Source: an uncultured Acidobacteriota bacterium (GTDB lineage Bacteria > Acidobacteriota > Thermoanaerobaculia > Gp7-AA8). From it: DNA of 64,000 bases. The notes under the pieces were generated by a model. The model was not told the origin of the DNA and did not search any database. It saw only the letters and a program-made list of their open reading frames with translations. Made by a program: the position numbers and the translations under genes. This document shows, piece by piece, positions 35,634-45,515 of this stretch; the first letter of the stretch is position 1, and each line of letters starts with the position of its first letter. The DNA is taken from contig CAVUKB010000007.1 of the NCBI GenBank assembly GCA_963741955.1, forward strand, positions 1,216,001-1,280,000. The letters run 5' to 3'.

Positions 35634-36365
35634 ATGCCTGCCGAGACCGTGAATGACGACGCCGTCCTGATCGCCCGATTCGTCTCCATTCCCGACGCGG
35701 AAGGGGCGCGCAGCGCGCTGGGGGCGTCCGGCGTCGAGGCGTTCCTCGCGGACGAGAACATGGTGGCGATGAACTGGCTCTACTCGAACGCGATCGGCGG
35801 AATCCGTCTGTTCGTTCGAAGAGAGGATGCAGAGCGCGCGCGGGAGGTTCTCGAGCTCGCGCCATCTGCGGAATCCGAAGAAGAGCCTGAAGCGTACTCC
35901 GCGGAAGTGACGGCTCCGGCGGCTCCGATCGCGATCCGCTGTCCCGATTGCGGATCGACGGACGTGCGGTCGATTCCGAAGGTGACGATCGTGGCGGTCG
36001 CGGTGGTCATCGGCGCCGTCCTCGCGCTCACCACTCCGTTCTCCGATCTCGCTGCGCTGATCGTCGTCATCGCGGCGGGTCTGGTGCTCCTCACTCCGTC
36101 GCACAAGTGCCGTCAGTGCTCGCGGGCGTTCACTCCCGCCGAGCCGGAGGAGGAGGACGAGCTCGAGCTTCCAGCCGAGGAGGGGGAACCGGAGCAGCCG
36201 TGTCCACGATGCGGCACGCTGGAGACGGGGCGGATCGACTGGTTCCGCACGCGGCGGCTGATGTTCGTCTTCACCGCTTTCAACCTGCTGCTGTGGATTC
36301 CTCTCGCCATCGCGTGGCCGTTTCTGAAGAAGCACGAGTGCACGGTGTGCGGCGCGCGCTGGTAG
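35634..36365 (+). CDS. DUF2007-like N-terminal domain + two CxxC-hydrophobic-CxxC zinc modules
   Basis: GVEAFLADEN...GGIRLFVRREDAERA; CPDC/CRQC and CPRC/CTVC pairs. Confidence 0.78.
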   Translation: MPAETVNDDAVLIARFVSIPDAEGARSALGASGVEAFLADENMVAMNWLYSNAIGGIRLFVRREDAERAREVLELAPSAESEEEPEAYSAEVTAPAAPIAIRCPDCGSTDVRSIPKVTIVAVAVVIGAVLALTTPFSDLAALIVVIAAGLVLLTPSHKCRQCSRAFTPAEPEEEDELELPAEEGEPEQPCPRCGTLETGRIDWFRTRRLMFVFTAFNLLLWIPLAIAWPFLKKHECTVCGARW

Positions 36366-36540
36366 GGTCTCGCGAAGCGTCGGTGATGCTTGCGACGCGC
36401 TTTGCTTCTGCCGCATGGCGAGGAGCGGCACGGCTTCCGCCGTGCCGGCCGCGGCGGCAGCCGCGGCGCCCCTCGGCGCGCGAACGGCGCGTCTTCCTGG
36501 ACTGTGGGTCACGCGAAGCGTCGGTGATGCTGGCGGCGCC
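36366..36540. repeat. Isolated fragments of family B (GGCACGGCTTCCGCCGTGCC hairpin module)
   Basis: Matches 18942-19050. Confidence 0.75.
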
Positions 36541-36644
36541 TCCCCCGGGCGTGCGAGACTCGCGTCGCGCGCGATCACCGTGCGATAATGAGCGGCACAT
36601 TCTCCAAAGACGTGACGCCGTGGGGGGCACACAGGAGTCACGAG

Positions 36645-37319
36645 ATGCGTGAAGGTCTCAGTAACGATACGCTCCAGTCGATCTATCGCCGTGTCGCGGG
36701 GCATTACGATTTCCAGCATGGGCTTCTAACGGCGAAGTCGGACGCGCGCGGACGGCGCCTCGTGGTCGAGCAGACCGTCCGCGAAGGAAACAAGGTTCTC
36801 GACTGCGGGTCGGGGACGGGCTCGACCGGACTGATGGCGGCGCAGAAGGCCGGGCCTTCCGGTCACGTCACCCTCTTCGATCTCAGCGCGGACATGCTCG
36901 CGGTGGCGGAGAAGAAGGCGGTGCAACAGAATCTGCGCGACCGCATCGACCTGCAGACCGGCGACATGCTGCATCTCCCGTTCGACGAAGGTACGTTCGA
37001 CGTCGTCCTCTCCACGTACAGTCTCTGTCCGATCTACGACCCGGCGAAGGGAGCGCTCGAGCTCTACCGCGTGGTGCGTCCGGGAGGGCTGGTGGGGATC
37101 GCCCATTCCGCGGAAGCCGATGGCGCGGTCGTCAAGCCGCTCGCGGATGCCGTGGAGAGCGTCGTCTGGCGCATGCACCTGATCTCGATCGGTTGCCGCG
37201 CGGTCGAAGTGCTTCCCGCTCTCGAGCGCGCCGGAGGCGAGGTGGTCTTCTCGAAGAAGATCGGAGTTCCGCTCTGGCCGTTCGCAGTCTTCGTGGTGCG
37301 CAAGCCGATGGAGCACTAA
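36645..37319 (+). CDS. Class I SAM-dependent methyltransferase (UbiE-like)
   Basis: VLDCGSGTG, DLSADML, GDMLHLPF, RVVRPGG. Start is 36645 or 36588. Confidence 0.88.
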   Translation: MREGLSNDTLQSIYRRVAGHYDFQHGLLTAKSDARGRRLVVEQTVREGNKVLDCGSGTGSTGLMAAQKAGPSGHVTLFDLSADMLAVAEKKAVQQNLRDRIDLQTGDMLHLPFDEGTFDVVLSTYSLCPIYDPAKGALELYRVVRPGGLVGIAHSAEADGAVVKPLADAVESVVWRMHLISIGCRAVEVLPALERAGGEVVFSKKIGVPLWPFAVFVVRKPMEH

Positions 37320-37321
37320 AG

Positions 37322-37601
37322 GCATCGAGGATCGAGGATCGGGGATCGAGGATCGAGGATCGGGGATCGAGGATCGGGGATCGGGGATCGAGGATCGAGG
37401 ATCGAGGATCGGGGATCGGGGATCGAGGATCGAGGATCGAGGATCGGGGATCGGGGATCGGGGATCGAGGATCGAGGATCGAGGATCGAGGATCGGGGAT
37501 CGAGGATCAGGGATCAGGGATCGAGGATCGAGGATCGAGGATCGGGGATCGGGGATCGGGGACCGGGGACCGGGGATCGGGGATCGGGGATCGAGGATCG
37601 G
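37322..37601. repeat. Heptamer tandem repeat (GGATCGA/GGATCGG) x ~40
   Basis: Directly visible after the methyltransferase stop. Confidence 0.95.
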
Positions 37602-37795
37602 GGAGTGCGGATCGTCAGCCGCGGTTCGCCCGGTAGAATCGAGGGTCTACGATCTACGAAAAGAGAACGCCACGACTGGAGTCGTGGCCTGGAGTTTGGC
37701 GGAACTCGGAGTCGTTGGGCGGAAGTCCAGGAATTCTGGACTTTTTTTTCGTCCCGTGGTATCTAGTTATATCACTAGACCAGAAGGAGGTCACC

Positions 37796-38005
37796 ATGGG
37801 ATTTCCAACCAAAGTGCAGCTGATCGCTCGTGCAAAGAGCAGGCAGTGGTACGTGAACCTTCCCGCGGCCGTGGCCCAAGCTTGTGAATTCATTCGCGGT
37901 GAGATCGTCGAATGGGTCATCGAGGACAAGCGAACGCTGATCCTCAAGCGGGCAAAGGATCCGACCGGAACCGTCGAAGCGAAGCGGGTCAAAAAAAAAC
38001 GCTGA
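37796..38005 (+). CDS. AbrB/MazE-like small DNA-binding protein (IS orfA)
   Basis: SD AAGGAGG; MGFPTKVQLI...QWYVNLPAAVAQA...GEIVEW swapped-hairpin-like pattern; palindrome TCTAG-N8-CTAGA upstream. Confidence 0.75.
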   Translation: MGFPTKVQLIARAKSRQWYVNLPAAVAQACEFIRGEIVEWVIEDKRTLILKRAKDPTGTVEAKRVKKKR

Positions 38006-38045
38006 TCGAAATCTTCTTCGCTCATTCAACGCGATCTTCGACGAA

Positions 38046-39458
38046 TTGAATGGATCCTGTGATGCTCGGGTGCTTCAGCGGGTTCGTGGGTTGGCCATCG
38101 GCCTGCTCAACTGCACCGGGCGACACACGGTAAGCGGAATGATTGAAGCAGGCCGCGATCCGCAGCAGGACTGGTCGGCAGACTATCGCGTTTTCTCGGA
38201 GGGTCGGTTCGATGTGAGCGAGATGTTCAGAGTCATCGAACGACACCTGCTCGCGTACTTGCCGCTCGACGCACCGCTGGTGCTGCCGCTGGATGACACG
38301 AAGTTGCGCAAGACGGGCATGAAGATCCCAGGCGTGAGTTATCAGCGCGATCCGATGTCGCCGCCTTTCCACACGAACTTGATCCGCGCCCAACGGTTCA
38401 TTCAGGCTGCGATCAGTGTTCCTTTAACTGGCCAGTCTGCCGGTCCGGCGCGCAGCTTCCCGATCCGGTTCAATCACCAGCCTCCGGCGGTTCGCCCGGG
38501 GGCCGGAGCAACCGAGCAGGAACGTGCCGAGTATCGTCGCCAGCAGAAAGAGCAGAATCTTTCCATCGGTGCAACGCGTCTGCTGATCCAAACTCGCAAG
38601 GACTTTGACCAGCTCGGAGCGAGCGAGCGCGTGCTGATGCCGGTGGTTGACGGCGGTTACACCAACCGTACGGTTCTGCGGAACTTGCCGGAACGAACGA
38701 TCCTGATCGGTCGCATCCGAGGCGACGCGAAGCTGTTCTTTCCTCCAAACTCTCAACCGCTTCGCGGACGCAAGCGCTGGTATGGCGATCAGGCCCCAAC
38801 ACCCGATCAACTCCGCGTGGACCAATCCATCGACTGGCAACAGGTCCAAGTCTGGGCCTCGGGTCGTGAACACGCCTGTTCGATCAAGACCATCGGTCCC
38901 GTGCTTTGGAAAACTTCGGGTTATGAACTGCCTCTGCGGCTCGTCGTGATCCGGCCACTGGGCTATCGGCTCCGCAAGAAATCACGCCTGCTGTATCGCA
39001 AACCGGCGTTCCTGATCTGTACCGACCTGAAACTCTCGCTCGTCGAGCTCGTCCAAGCCTACTTCCGCCGCTGGGATATCGAGGTCAATCACCGCGACGA
39101 AAAGCAGATCTTCGGTGTCGGCCAGGCGCAGGTGCGCAACCGGCGATCGGTCGACTCGCTGCCCGCTTTCGCCGTAGCCGTCTACTCGATGATGCTCCTC
39201 GCTGCCGCCGATTGCTTCGGCCTCGGCTCCACTGCGCCCCCCGAACTGATGCCCAAGTGGAGAGACAACGATATCCCCGATCAGTGGCGAATACCCACCG
39301 GCCAGTACCTTCGCGCGATGCGATCCGCCTGCATTCGCCACATCCGCAACTTCGAACCCCCCAATTTCACCGACTTCCAGACCCCCGTCGCACGACACCT
39401 GAAGCGCTCGAAATCCGCTGTCACCCCCGAAATGGCTGTCCAGTACGCCACTTCGTAG
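38046..39458 (+). CDS. DDE transposase (IS701/IS4-like)
   Basis: LPLDDTKLRKTG, VDGGYT, YFRRWDIEVNHRDEKQ; lies inside the IRs. Start is uncertain. Confidence 0.9.
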   Translation: MNGSCDARVLQRVRGLAIGLLNCTGRHTVSGMIEAGRDPQQDWSADYRVFSEGRFDVSEMFRVIERHLLAYLPLDAPLVLPLDDTKLRKTGMKIPGVSYQRDPMSPPFHTNLIRAQRFIQAAISVPLTGQSAGPARSFPIRFNHQPPAVRPGAGATEQERAEYRRQQKEQNLSIGATRLLIQTRKDFDQLGASERVLMPVVDGGYTNRTVLRNLPERTILIGRIRGDAKLFFPPNSQPLRGRKRWYGDQAPTPDQLRVDQSIDWQQVQVWASGREHACSIKTIGPVLWKTSGYELPLRLVVIRPLGYRLRKKSRLLYRKPAFLICTDLKLSLVELVQAYFRRWDIEVNHRDEKQIFGVGQAQVRNRRSVDSLPAFAVAVYSMMLLAAADCFGLGSTAPPELMPKWRDNDIPDQWRIPTGQYLRAMRSACIRHIRNFEPPNFTDFQTPVARHLKRSKSAVTPEMAVQYATS

Positions 39459-39591
39459 CTCGCGCCTTGCTCGAGAAACGCCAAACTCCAGGCCACGACT
39501 GGAGTCGTGGCGCCCCTCGAGGTCGTGGTGCGCCTCGCTCTTCAGATCCACAATCCGCGATCCACGATGCCTTTCAGATCCACGATGCCTT

Positions 39592-42500
39592 TCACACCTC
39601 GAGACGGTCTGCGGGCCGCGCGACGAGCGCATACAGCGCCGGCATCAGAAAGACGCTGATCAGAAGCCGTGAGAAGAGACCTCCCACGATCACCAGAGCG
39701 AACGGCCGCTGCGTATCCGAGCCGATGCCGGTCGCGAGTGCCGCCGGCAGCAGACCGAATGCTGCGACGAGCGCCGTCATCATGATCGGACGGAGACGAA
39801 GGATGGCCGCCTCACGTGTGGCAGTGAAGATCTCCAGACCATCCTTTCGCAGCTCGTTCGCATACGAGATGTAGATCACCGCCGTCTGCACCGACACGCC
39901 GAAGAGGGCGAGGAATCCGATTCCCGACGAGACGCTGAACGGCGTCCCGGAGAGCTTCAACGCGATCAGGCCTCCGACCGGACTCGAAAGGACCACCGCG
40001 AGCACCGTGATCAGCGGAAATTTGAAATTCGCGTACAACATGAAGAGGAGGAGGAAGATCAGCAGCAGAGTGAGCGGGAGGATCACCGCGAGCTGTCTCC
40101 GCGACGCGGTGTACTCCTGGTACTCGCCGCCCCAGACCACCCGGTATCCCGGCGGCATCTTCACTTTCGCGGCGACCTGCCGCTGAGCATCCTCGACCGC
40201 TCCCGCGAGATCGCGCCCTCCGATCGAGTACTGGACGCCGATGTAGCGTGAGTTGTTCTCGCGGTAAATGAACGACGCCCCGCTCGCGACCCGGATGTCG
40301 GCGAGCTCTTCGAGCGGAACCTGCTGCCCGTCCGGCGTCGCCACCAGAATCTTCCCGATCGCTTCCGGTGATTCGCGGTACTGCGGCTCGAGCCGCACCA
40401 CGAGATCGAACAGCCTCTCCCCCTGCACGACCTGGGTTGCCACCGCGCCGCCGACCGCGGCTTCGATCAGGCCGTTGATGTCCGCGACGTTCAATCCGTA
40501 ACGCGCGATCTTCTCCCGATCCACCCGGATGGTGAGACTCGGCTGGCCGAGTTGCCGGACCACCGAGATCTCGCCGATCCCGCGTACCCCCTCCAGAACT
40601 TTCCGGATCGCGTTTCCGCGGTCTTCCAGCACCGAGAGATCCGGACCGAAGATCTTCACTGCCAGCGCGCTCTTCAGCCCCGTCTCCGCTTCGTCGACTG
40701 CATCTTCGGCGGGCTGCGTGAAGTTGAATACGATCCCCGGGAACGCCTTCAGCTTCTCGTTCACGGCCTCGATCAGCTGCTGCTTCGTCCGGTACTTTCC
40801 TTTCCACTGCGAGTACGGTTCGAGCCCGACGAAGAACTCGTCGTTGAAGAAGCCGGTCGGATCCGTTCCGTCATCCGGTCGTCCCAGCTCGTTCGCCACG
40901 ACGGTCACTTCGGGGAAGGAGCGAAGGATCGAACGGACTTTCGGCGAGATCTTCGATGCCTCTTCGAAGGAGATGGTCGACGGCATGGTCGCCCGGATCC
41001 AGAGCGATCCTTCATCGAGGTGCGGCATGAACTCCGCGCCGATCCCCGGAATCAGAAGGAGCGATGCGATGAAGATGACGAATGATACGACCGTCGTTCC
41101 CCACGGATGCGCGAGGCAGCGGTCGAGTCCCCAGGTGTAAGCCTGGAGGATCTTTTCGAAGATCACGTTGCGCCGTTCGCGCACGCCGCGCCGCAATGCC
41201 CAGGAGGAGAGAACGGGGAGGAGTGTGAGTGCGATGACCAGCGCGCCGACGAGAGCGAAGATGGTGGTGTCGGCCATCGGCTTGAAGAGGTCACCCGAAG
41301 GACCGGTGAGGGCGTAGATCGGAAGGAATCCCGCCACGATGACTGCCACCGCGTAGAAGATCGGCCGGTCGACTTCCGCTGCGGCCCGAATGATCACTTC
41401 CCGGACGCTGAGCTTCCCTTCGTTCAGCGCGAGCCTGCGGAAGATGTTCTCCACCATCACCACCGCGCCGTCGACGAGGATGCCGAAGTCGATCGCACCG
41501 ATGGAGAGAAGATTCGCCGGGACGTGCTCGAGGTCGAGACAGACGAACGCGAAGAGGAGTGACAGTGGAATGGTCACTGCCACGATCAGCCCGGAGCGGA
41601 AGTCGTAGAGAAAGAAGACCAGGACCACCAGCACCAGGAGCATCCCGCGCAGCAGGTTGTCCTCGACCGTGCGGGTGGTGAGCGCGATCAGATCGCTCCG
41701 GTCGTAGAACGGATGGATCTTCACGTCCTTCGGCAGGACCGAATCATTGAGCTCTTTCGTTTTCTGCTCGACGCGCTTCAGGACGACCTGGGCCTGCTCG
41801 CCGCGACGCATCAGGATCACGCCTTCGACGGCTTCGTCGCGGTCGTTGAATCCGAACTGCCCGAGCCGCGGTGCGATGCCGATCACCACTCGTCCGATGT
41901 CCTTGATCAGCACCGGCGTGCCGTCGTGCACCGCGACGACGACGTTGCCGATGTCTTCCAGCGTGGTCAGCCGCCCCAGTCCGCGGACGTAATAGAACTG
42001 CCCACCCTGCGAGTAGAAGCCACCTCCGGTGTTTCCGTTGCTCGCTTCGAGCGATGCCTGGATCGCCGGAACGGAGAGTCCCACCGCGGCGACTTTCGCC
42101 GGATCGAGGAGGACCTGGTACTGCATGGTCGGTCCACCCAGTCCGGAGTCGTCCGCGACTCCCGGGACCGACTTGTACTGACGCTCGATGACCCAGTCCT
42201 CGAGATTCTTCAGATCCATCGGGGAGCGGTCGGGGCTGTCGAGAACGTACCGGTAGATCAGCCCGGAGGGAGAGAAGAGGGGAGCGACGTCGGAGGAGAC
42301 GCCGTCCGGAAGCTCGACGTCTCGAAGCCGCTGGAAGACGCGCTCGCGCGCGAGATTGATGTCCGTGCCGTGAGCGAACGTCAGCCGGACGTCGGAGAGA
42401 CCGTACAGCGAGATCGAGCGGACCACGGCGACGTCGGGAATTCCGTTCATCTCCACTTCCACCGGCACCGTGATCAGTCGCTCGACTTCCTCCGCGGCCT

Positions 42501-42708
42501 GACCCTGCCACTGCGTCGAGATCTCCACCATCGGAGGTGAGAGATCGGGGTACGCGTCGACCGGAAGGCGGCGGAAGGAGTGGATGCCGCCGCCGATGAG
42601 GAGTGCGGTCAGGAAGAGAATCAGGAATCGCTGACGCAGTGCCGTTGCGACGACGCGGTTGATCAGCGATCCGGAGACGGGAACTTTGTCCGGTTCGAGC
42701 GTCGTCAT
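39592..42708 (-). CDS. czcA: CzcA/CusA-family heavy-metal RND efflux pump
   Basis: PVDAYPD, GAIDFGILVDGAVVMVEN, RLRPIMMTA; 1038 aa. Confidence 0.92.
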   Translation of the reverse strand: MTTLEPDKVPVSGSLINRVVATALRQRFLILFLTALLIGGGIHSFRRLPVDAYPDLSPPMVEISTQWQGQAAEEVERLITVPVEVEMNGIPDVAVVRSISLYGLSDVRLTFAHGTDINLARERVFQRLRDVELPDGVSSDVAPLFSPSGLIYRYVLDSPDRSPMDLKNLEDWVIERQYKSVPGVADDSGLGGPTMQYQVLLDPAKVAAVGLSVPAIQASLEASNGNTGGGFYSQGGQFYYVRGLGRLTTLEDIGNVVVAVHDGTPVLIKDIGRVVIGIAPRLGQFGFNDRDEAVEGVILMRRGEQAQVVLKRVEQKTKELNDSVLPKDVKIHPFYDRSDLIALTTRTVEDNLLRGMLLVLVVLVFFLYDFRSGLIVAVTIPLSLLFAFVCLDLEHVPANLLSIGAIDFGILVDGAVVMVENIFRRLALNEGKLSVREVIIRAAAEVDRPIFYAVAVIVAGFLPIYALTGPSGDLFKPMADTTIFALVGALVIALTLLPVLSSWALRRGVRERRNVIFEKILQAYTWGLDRCLAHPWGTTVVSFVIFIASLLLIPGIGAEFMPHLDEGSLWIRATMPSTISFEEASKISPKVRSILRSFPEVTVVANELGRPDDGTDPTGFFNDEFFVGLEPYSQWKGKYRTKQQLIEAVNEKLKAFPGIVFNFTQPAEDAVDEAETGLKSALAVKIFGPDLSVLEDRGNAIRKVLEGVRGIGEISVVRQLGQPSLTIRVDREKIARYGLNVADINGLIEAAVGGAVATQVVQGERLFDLVVRLEPQYRESPEAIGKILVATPDGQQVPLEELADIRVASGASFIYRENNSRYIGVQYSIGGRDLAGAVEDAQRQVAAKVKMPPGYRVVWGGEYQEYTASRRQLAVILPLTLLLIFLLLFMLYANFKFPLITVLAVVLSSPVGGLIALKLSGTPFSVSSGIGFLALFGVSVQTAVIYISYANELRKDGLEIFTATREAAILRLRPIMMTALVAAFGLLPAALATGIGSDTQRPFALVIVGGLFSRLLISVFLMPALYALVARPADRLEV

Positions 42709-43859
42709 GAATGCTCCACCGTTCCGAGAAAGAGCGCTCCTTCGACCACGATGTTCTCGCCCGCGGAGAGTCCGGACGTGATCTCGATGTGGTCATCCAT
42801 CCGCTGTCCGGTTTCCACCCGCTGGCGGACGAACGTCCCTCCCGATCTTCCGACGAAGACGAAGGGAAGATTCTCCTCGTCGCGGAGCACCGCAGAGACG
42901 GGAACCACGATTCCCTTCGCCGCCGTCTTCGACTCGATCAGCGTCCTCACGTACATGTCGCGCTTGAGGATCCCTCCCGGATTCGCGGCGGTGAGGCGTA
43001 CCGATACCGCGCGCGTGCTCGGATCGACCATCGCTGCGATGTACTGGACGGTCGCCGGAATCTTCGTCCCCCCCACCAGAACCTCGGCAGGATCGCCGGC
43101 GGCGACGCCGGGGAGATCTTTCTCGAAGACGTTCGCGATCACCCACACCTTCGAAAGATCGGCCACGGTGAAGCAGGGACTCCCCCCAGCGGAGAGGAGC
43201 TGCCCGGGCGTGATGAGGCGTTCGACCACCGTCCCTTCGATCGGAGAGCGAATCACACCGCCCGAAATGGTGACCGGCTGTCCCGCCGCGATCCGGTCGA
43301 GCGTCTTCTCGTCCACCCCGAGAGATCGGAGCTGCTGCCGGGCGGCGTCCTCGTCCGCAGTTGCGTTCGACGCGTCCGTCTCGGCGTTCTCCACGTCGAC
43401 GCGCGAGATCGCGTCGTTGGCGAAGAGCTCTTTGTCGCGGTCGGCGATGCGGCGGGTATTCACTGCGGTCGCCGCGGCCTTTCTCAGGTTGCTCAGCGCG
43501 TCGGCGAAATCGGGAGAGGCTATCACCGCGAGCGCATCACCGCGTCTCACCCGCGCGCCGACGTCGACCAGGATCTTCGACACCGGACCGGAGATCGGCG
43601 CGAGGACTTCGGTCGACCGGTTCTGGTCGAACGCGACGGTGCCGGTCGCCTCGATGGTGCGGTGAAACGAGGTGAGCTCGACCGGCGCAGTTCGTATTCC
43701 TCTGACCTGCTCCGGAGTGAGCCGGATGGCATCCGACGGATCGTTCGCCGGAACGGGGGCCGCTTGGTCACTTCCCTGGCAACCGGCCATCGGAAGGATC
43801 AGAAGAGCCGCGACCGAGAGAAGCTGAAGGATCTCGAAAACTCGCTTTTGACTGTTCAT
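42705..43859 (-). CDS. RND membrane fusion protein (CzcB-like)
   Basis: Lipobox-like MAGC; APISGPVSKILV, RSPIEGTV, ADLSKVWV. Confidence 0.92.
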   Translation of the reverse strand: MNSQKRVFEILQLLSVAALLILPMAGCQGSDQAAPVPANDPSDAIRLTPEQVRGIRTAPVELTSFHRTIEATGTVAFDQNRSTEVLAPISGPVSKILVDVGARVRRGDALAVIASPDFADALSNLRKAAATAVNTRRIADRDKELFANDAISRVDVENAETDASNATADEDAARQQLRSLGVDEKTLDRIAAGQPVTISGGVIRSPIEGTVVERLITPGQLLSAGGSPCFTVADLSKVWVIANVFEKDLPGVAAGDPAEVLVGGTKIPATVQYIAAMVDPSTRAVSVRLTAANPGGILKRDMYVRTLIESKTAAKGIVVPVSAVLRDEENLPFVFVGRSGGTFVRQRVETGQRMDDHIEITSGLSAGENIVVEGALFLGTVEHS

Positions 43860-45136
43860 TGCTGATCTCCGTCGTTGGCTTCGGGAAGAGGTGCGCCGAT
43901 CGCGAGCTCCAGGGCCGCGCGTGCGTCGTTCGCCGCGCCGAGCGCCTCGGCGTACTGGCTTTCGGCATCGAGGAGAACCCGTTTGGCGTCGAGCAGCTCC
44001 AGTGCGGAAGAGCCGCCGAGGCCGTAGCTGACCGACGCGACGCGATAGACCTCGCGCGCCTCGGGGAGGAGGTGGTCGCGGATGAAGATCGCCTGCCGGA
44101 GCGCGGTCGATGCGCTGGTCCAGGCGTTCTCGACTTCGAGACTGATCTCGGCGCGGAGATCGGCGACGTCGGCCGCGAGCTCCCGCTCTCGGTGCCGCGC
44201 CGAGGCCACTTCACCGCGCTGGTGCTGCCAGAAGAAGAGAGGGACGCCGAAGCCGACCGAGGTGGTGTAGGACGCCGGCACGCCGTCGGCACCGTTGCGC
44301 TCGAGTCCGACATCGATGTCGGGAGCCCAGTACTCGCGTGCGAGGCGGGTCGCAGTGTGTGCCCCCTGCAGTTGCGCAGCGAGACCCTGAATTTCGGGAC
44401 GTGACGCTTCGGCCAGTTTCTGCAGCTCTTCGCCGGGGGGGAGCGGCGGTGGAACGTCGAGGGTGTCGGTGACGGTGAGAGGTGCGGCGCCCGATCTTCC
44501 CATGATCCGATTGAGCGTGGCGCGCGCTGTGTCGACCGCACGCTCGCTCGCGATCAGATCGTTCCCGGCCTGGGAAACGTCCACTTCCGCTTTGAGCACG
44601 TCGAGCTTCGGAACCGTTCCGGCTTTGAAGCGATGCTCCGTCTTCGCCAGGAAGTCGTTTGCGAGATCACGGCTCTGGCGGATGTCGTCGCGGTGCTGCA
44701 TGGCGACGAGGATCGCGTCGTATGCCTGTGCGGCATCCGAAGCGATCTGCTGGCGCAGCTGATCGAGGCTGAATTCGGATGCGCGGAGATCCGCAGTGGC
44801 GACGGCGCGGCGCATGCCGGTCTTTCCCGGGAACGGTACGGTCCATCCGATCCCGGCGTCGTTCGCGTTTCCGGATCCGAGAGAGAGAGCCCGGGTCTGT
44901 CCCGCCACGTCGAGGGCGATGGAGGGATCGGCGAACGCCCCGGCGATGACCACTCCGGCCCGCGCCTGGGCGACCTGCTCCCTCGCTGCTGCAAGCGCAG
45001 GGTTGTGGCTGAGAGCCTGGCGGACGGCGTCGGCTCTCGAGAGCTGCAGGCCGGTGGTGTTTGTCGAGACCTGACCCCGGAGAGTGACCGTGAATAGTGA
45101 GAGCGTAAAGAAGCAGAGCAATGAACTCCTGACCAC
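43856..45136 (-). CDS. TolC/CzcC outer-membrane factor
   Basis: Signal peptide, duplicated OEP helical repeats, LELLDAKR. Confidence 0.92.
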   Translation of the reverse strand: MVRSSLLCFFTLSLFTVTLRGQVSTNTTGLQLSRADAVRQALSHNPALAAAREQVAQARAGVVIAGAFADPSIALDVAGQTRALSLGSGNANDAGIGWTVPFPGKTGMRRAVATADLRASEFSLDQLRQQIASDAAQAYDAILVAMQHRDDIRQSRDLANDFLAKTEHRFKAGTVPKLDVLKAEVDVSQAGNDLIASERAVDTARATLNRIMGRSGAAPLTVTDTLDVPPPLPPGEELQKLAEASRPEIQGLAAQLQGAHTATRLAREYWAPDIDVGLERNGADGVPASYTTSVGFGVPLFFWQHQRGEVASARHRERELAADVADLRAEISLEVENAWTSASTALRQAIFIRDHLLPEAREVYRVASVSYGLGGSSALELLDAKRVLLDAESQYAEALGAANDARAALELAIGAPLPEANDGDQQ

Positions 45137-45191
45137 AGAGCCTCCTGGACGCTCCTGATGCGGAGAAAATACGAGTCGGGTGGGGGAGGGC

Positions 45192-45515
45192 TCAGGCAGC
45201 AGGAGGGGCGCGGCCGAAGACGCCGTCGAGCCGGACGGGGGTGACGAAGGAGGGTGCAGCGACGGCGATGCGGAGGGAGAGTGCGGCGGGAAGAGGAACT
45301 CTCGGGCCGGAGGACACCGCGACGACGAGGTTCGCGATGCGGCAGGCGAGGCAGTCGACCGGCCGCTGCGAGACGGCGGCGCGGGTGATCACCGTCGTGG
45401 TGGAGCCGCCGATGTCGACCGGGTGGTTGTGGAGCTCGGGCGCGGCCGCAAAGATCTCCACGGCCGAGAAGACGACCAGGAGAAACGCGGCGATCCTGAC
45501 GCGCCAGCGAGACAT
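45192..45515 (-). CDS. DUF2946/CzcI-like leader protein with CxxC and C-terminal RAPP
   Basis: Signal-like N-terminus, HNH, CLAC, ends GRAPPAA; directly upstream of the efflux operon. Confidence 0.75.
   Translation of the reverse strand: MSRWRVRIAAFLLVVFSAVEIFAAAPELHNHPVDIGGSTTTVITRAAVSQRPVDCLACRIANLVVAVSSGPRVPLPAALSLRIAVAAPSFVTPVRLDGVFGRAPPAA

Larger units (their letters stand above)
37689..39491 (+). mobile_element. Insertion sequence (IS701/IS4-like DDE) with upstream AbrB-like ORF; 13-bp IRs; 20-bp flanking direct repeat
   Basis: IRL CTGGAGTTTGGCG (37689) and IRR CGCCAAACTCCAG (39479-39491); GCCACGACTGGAGTCGTGGC at 37669-37688 and 39492-39511. Confidence 0.9.
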
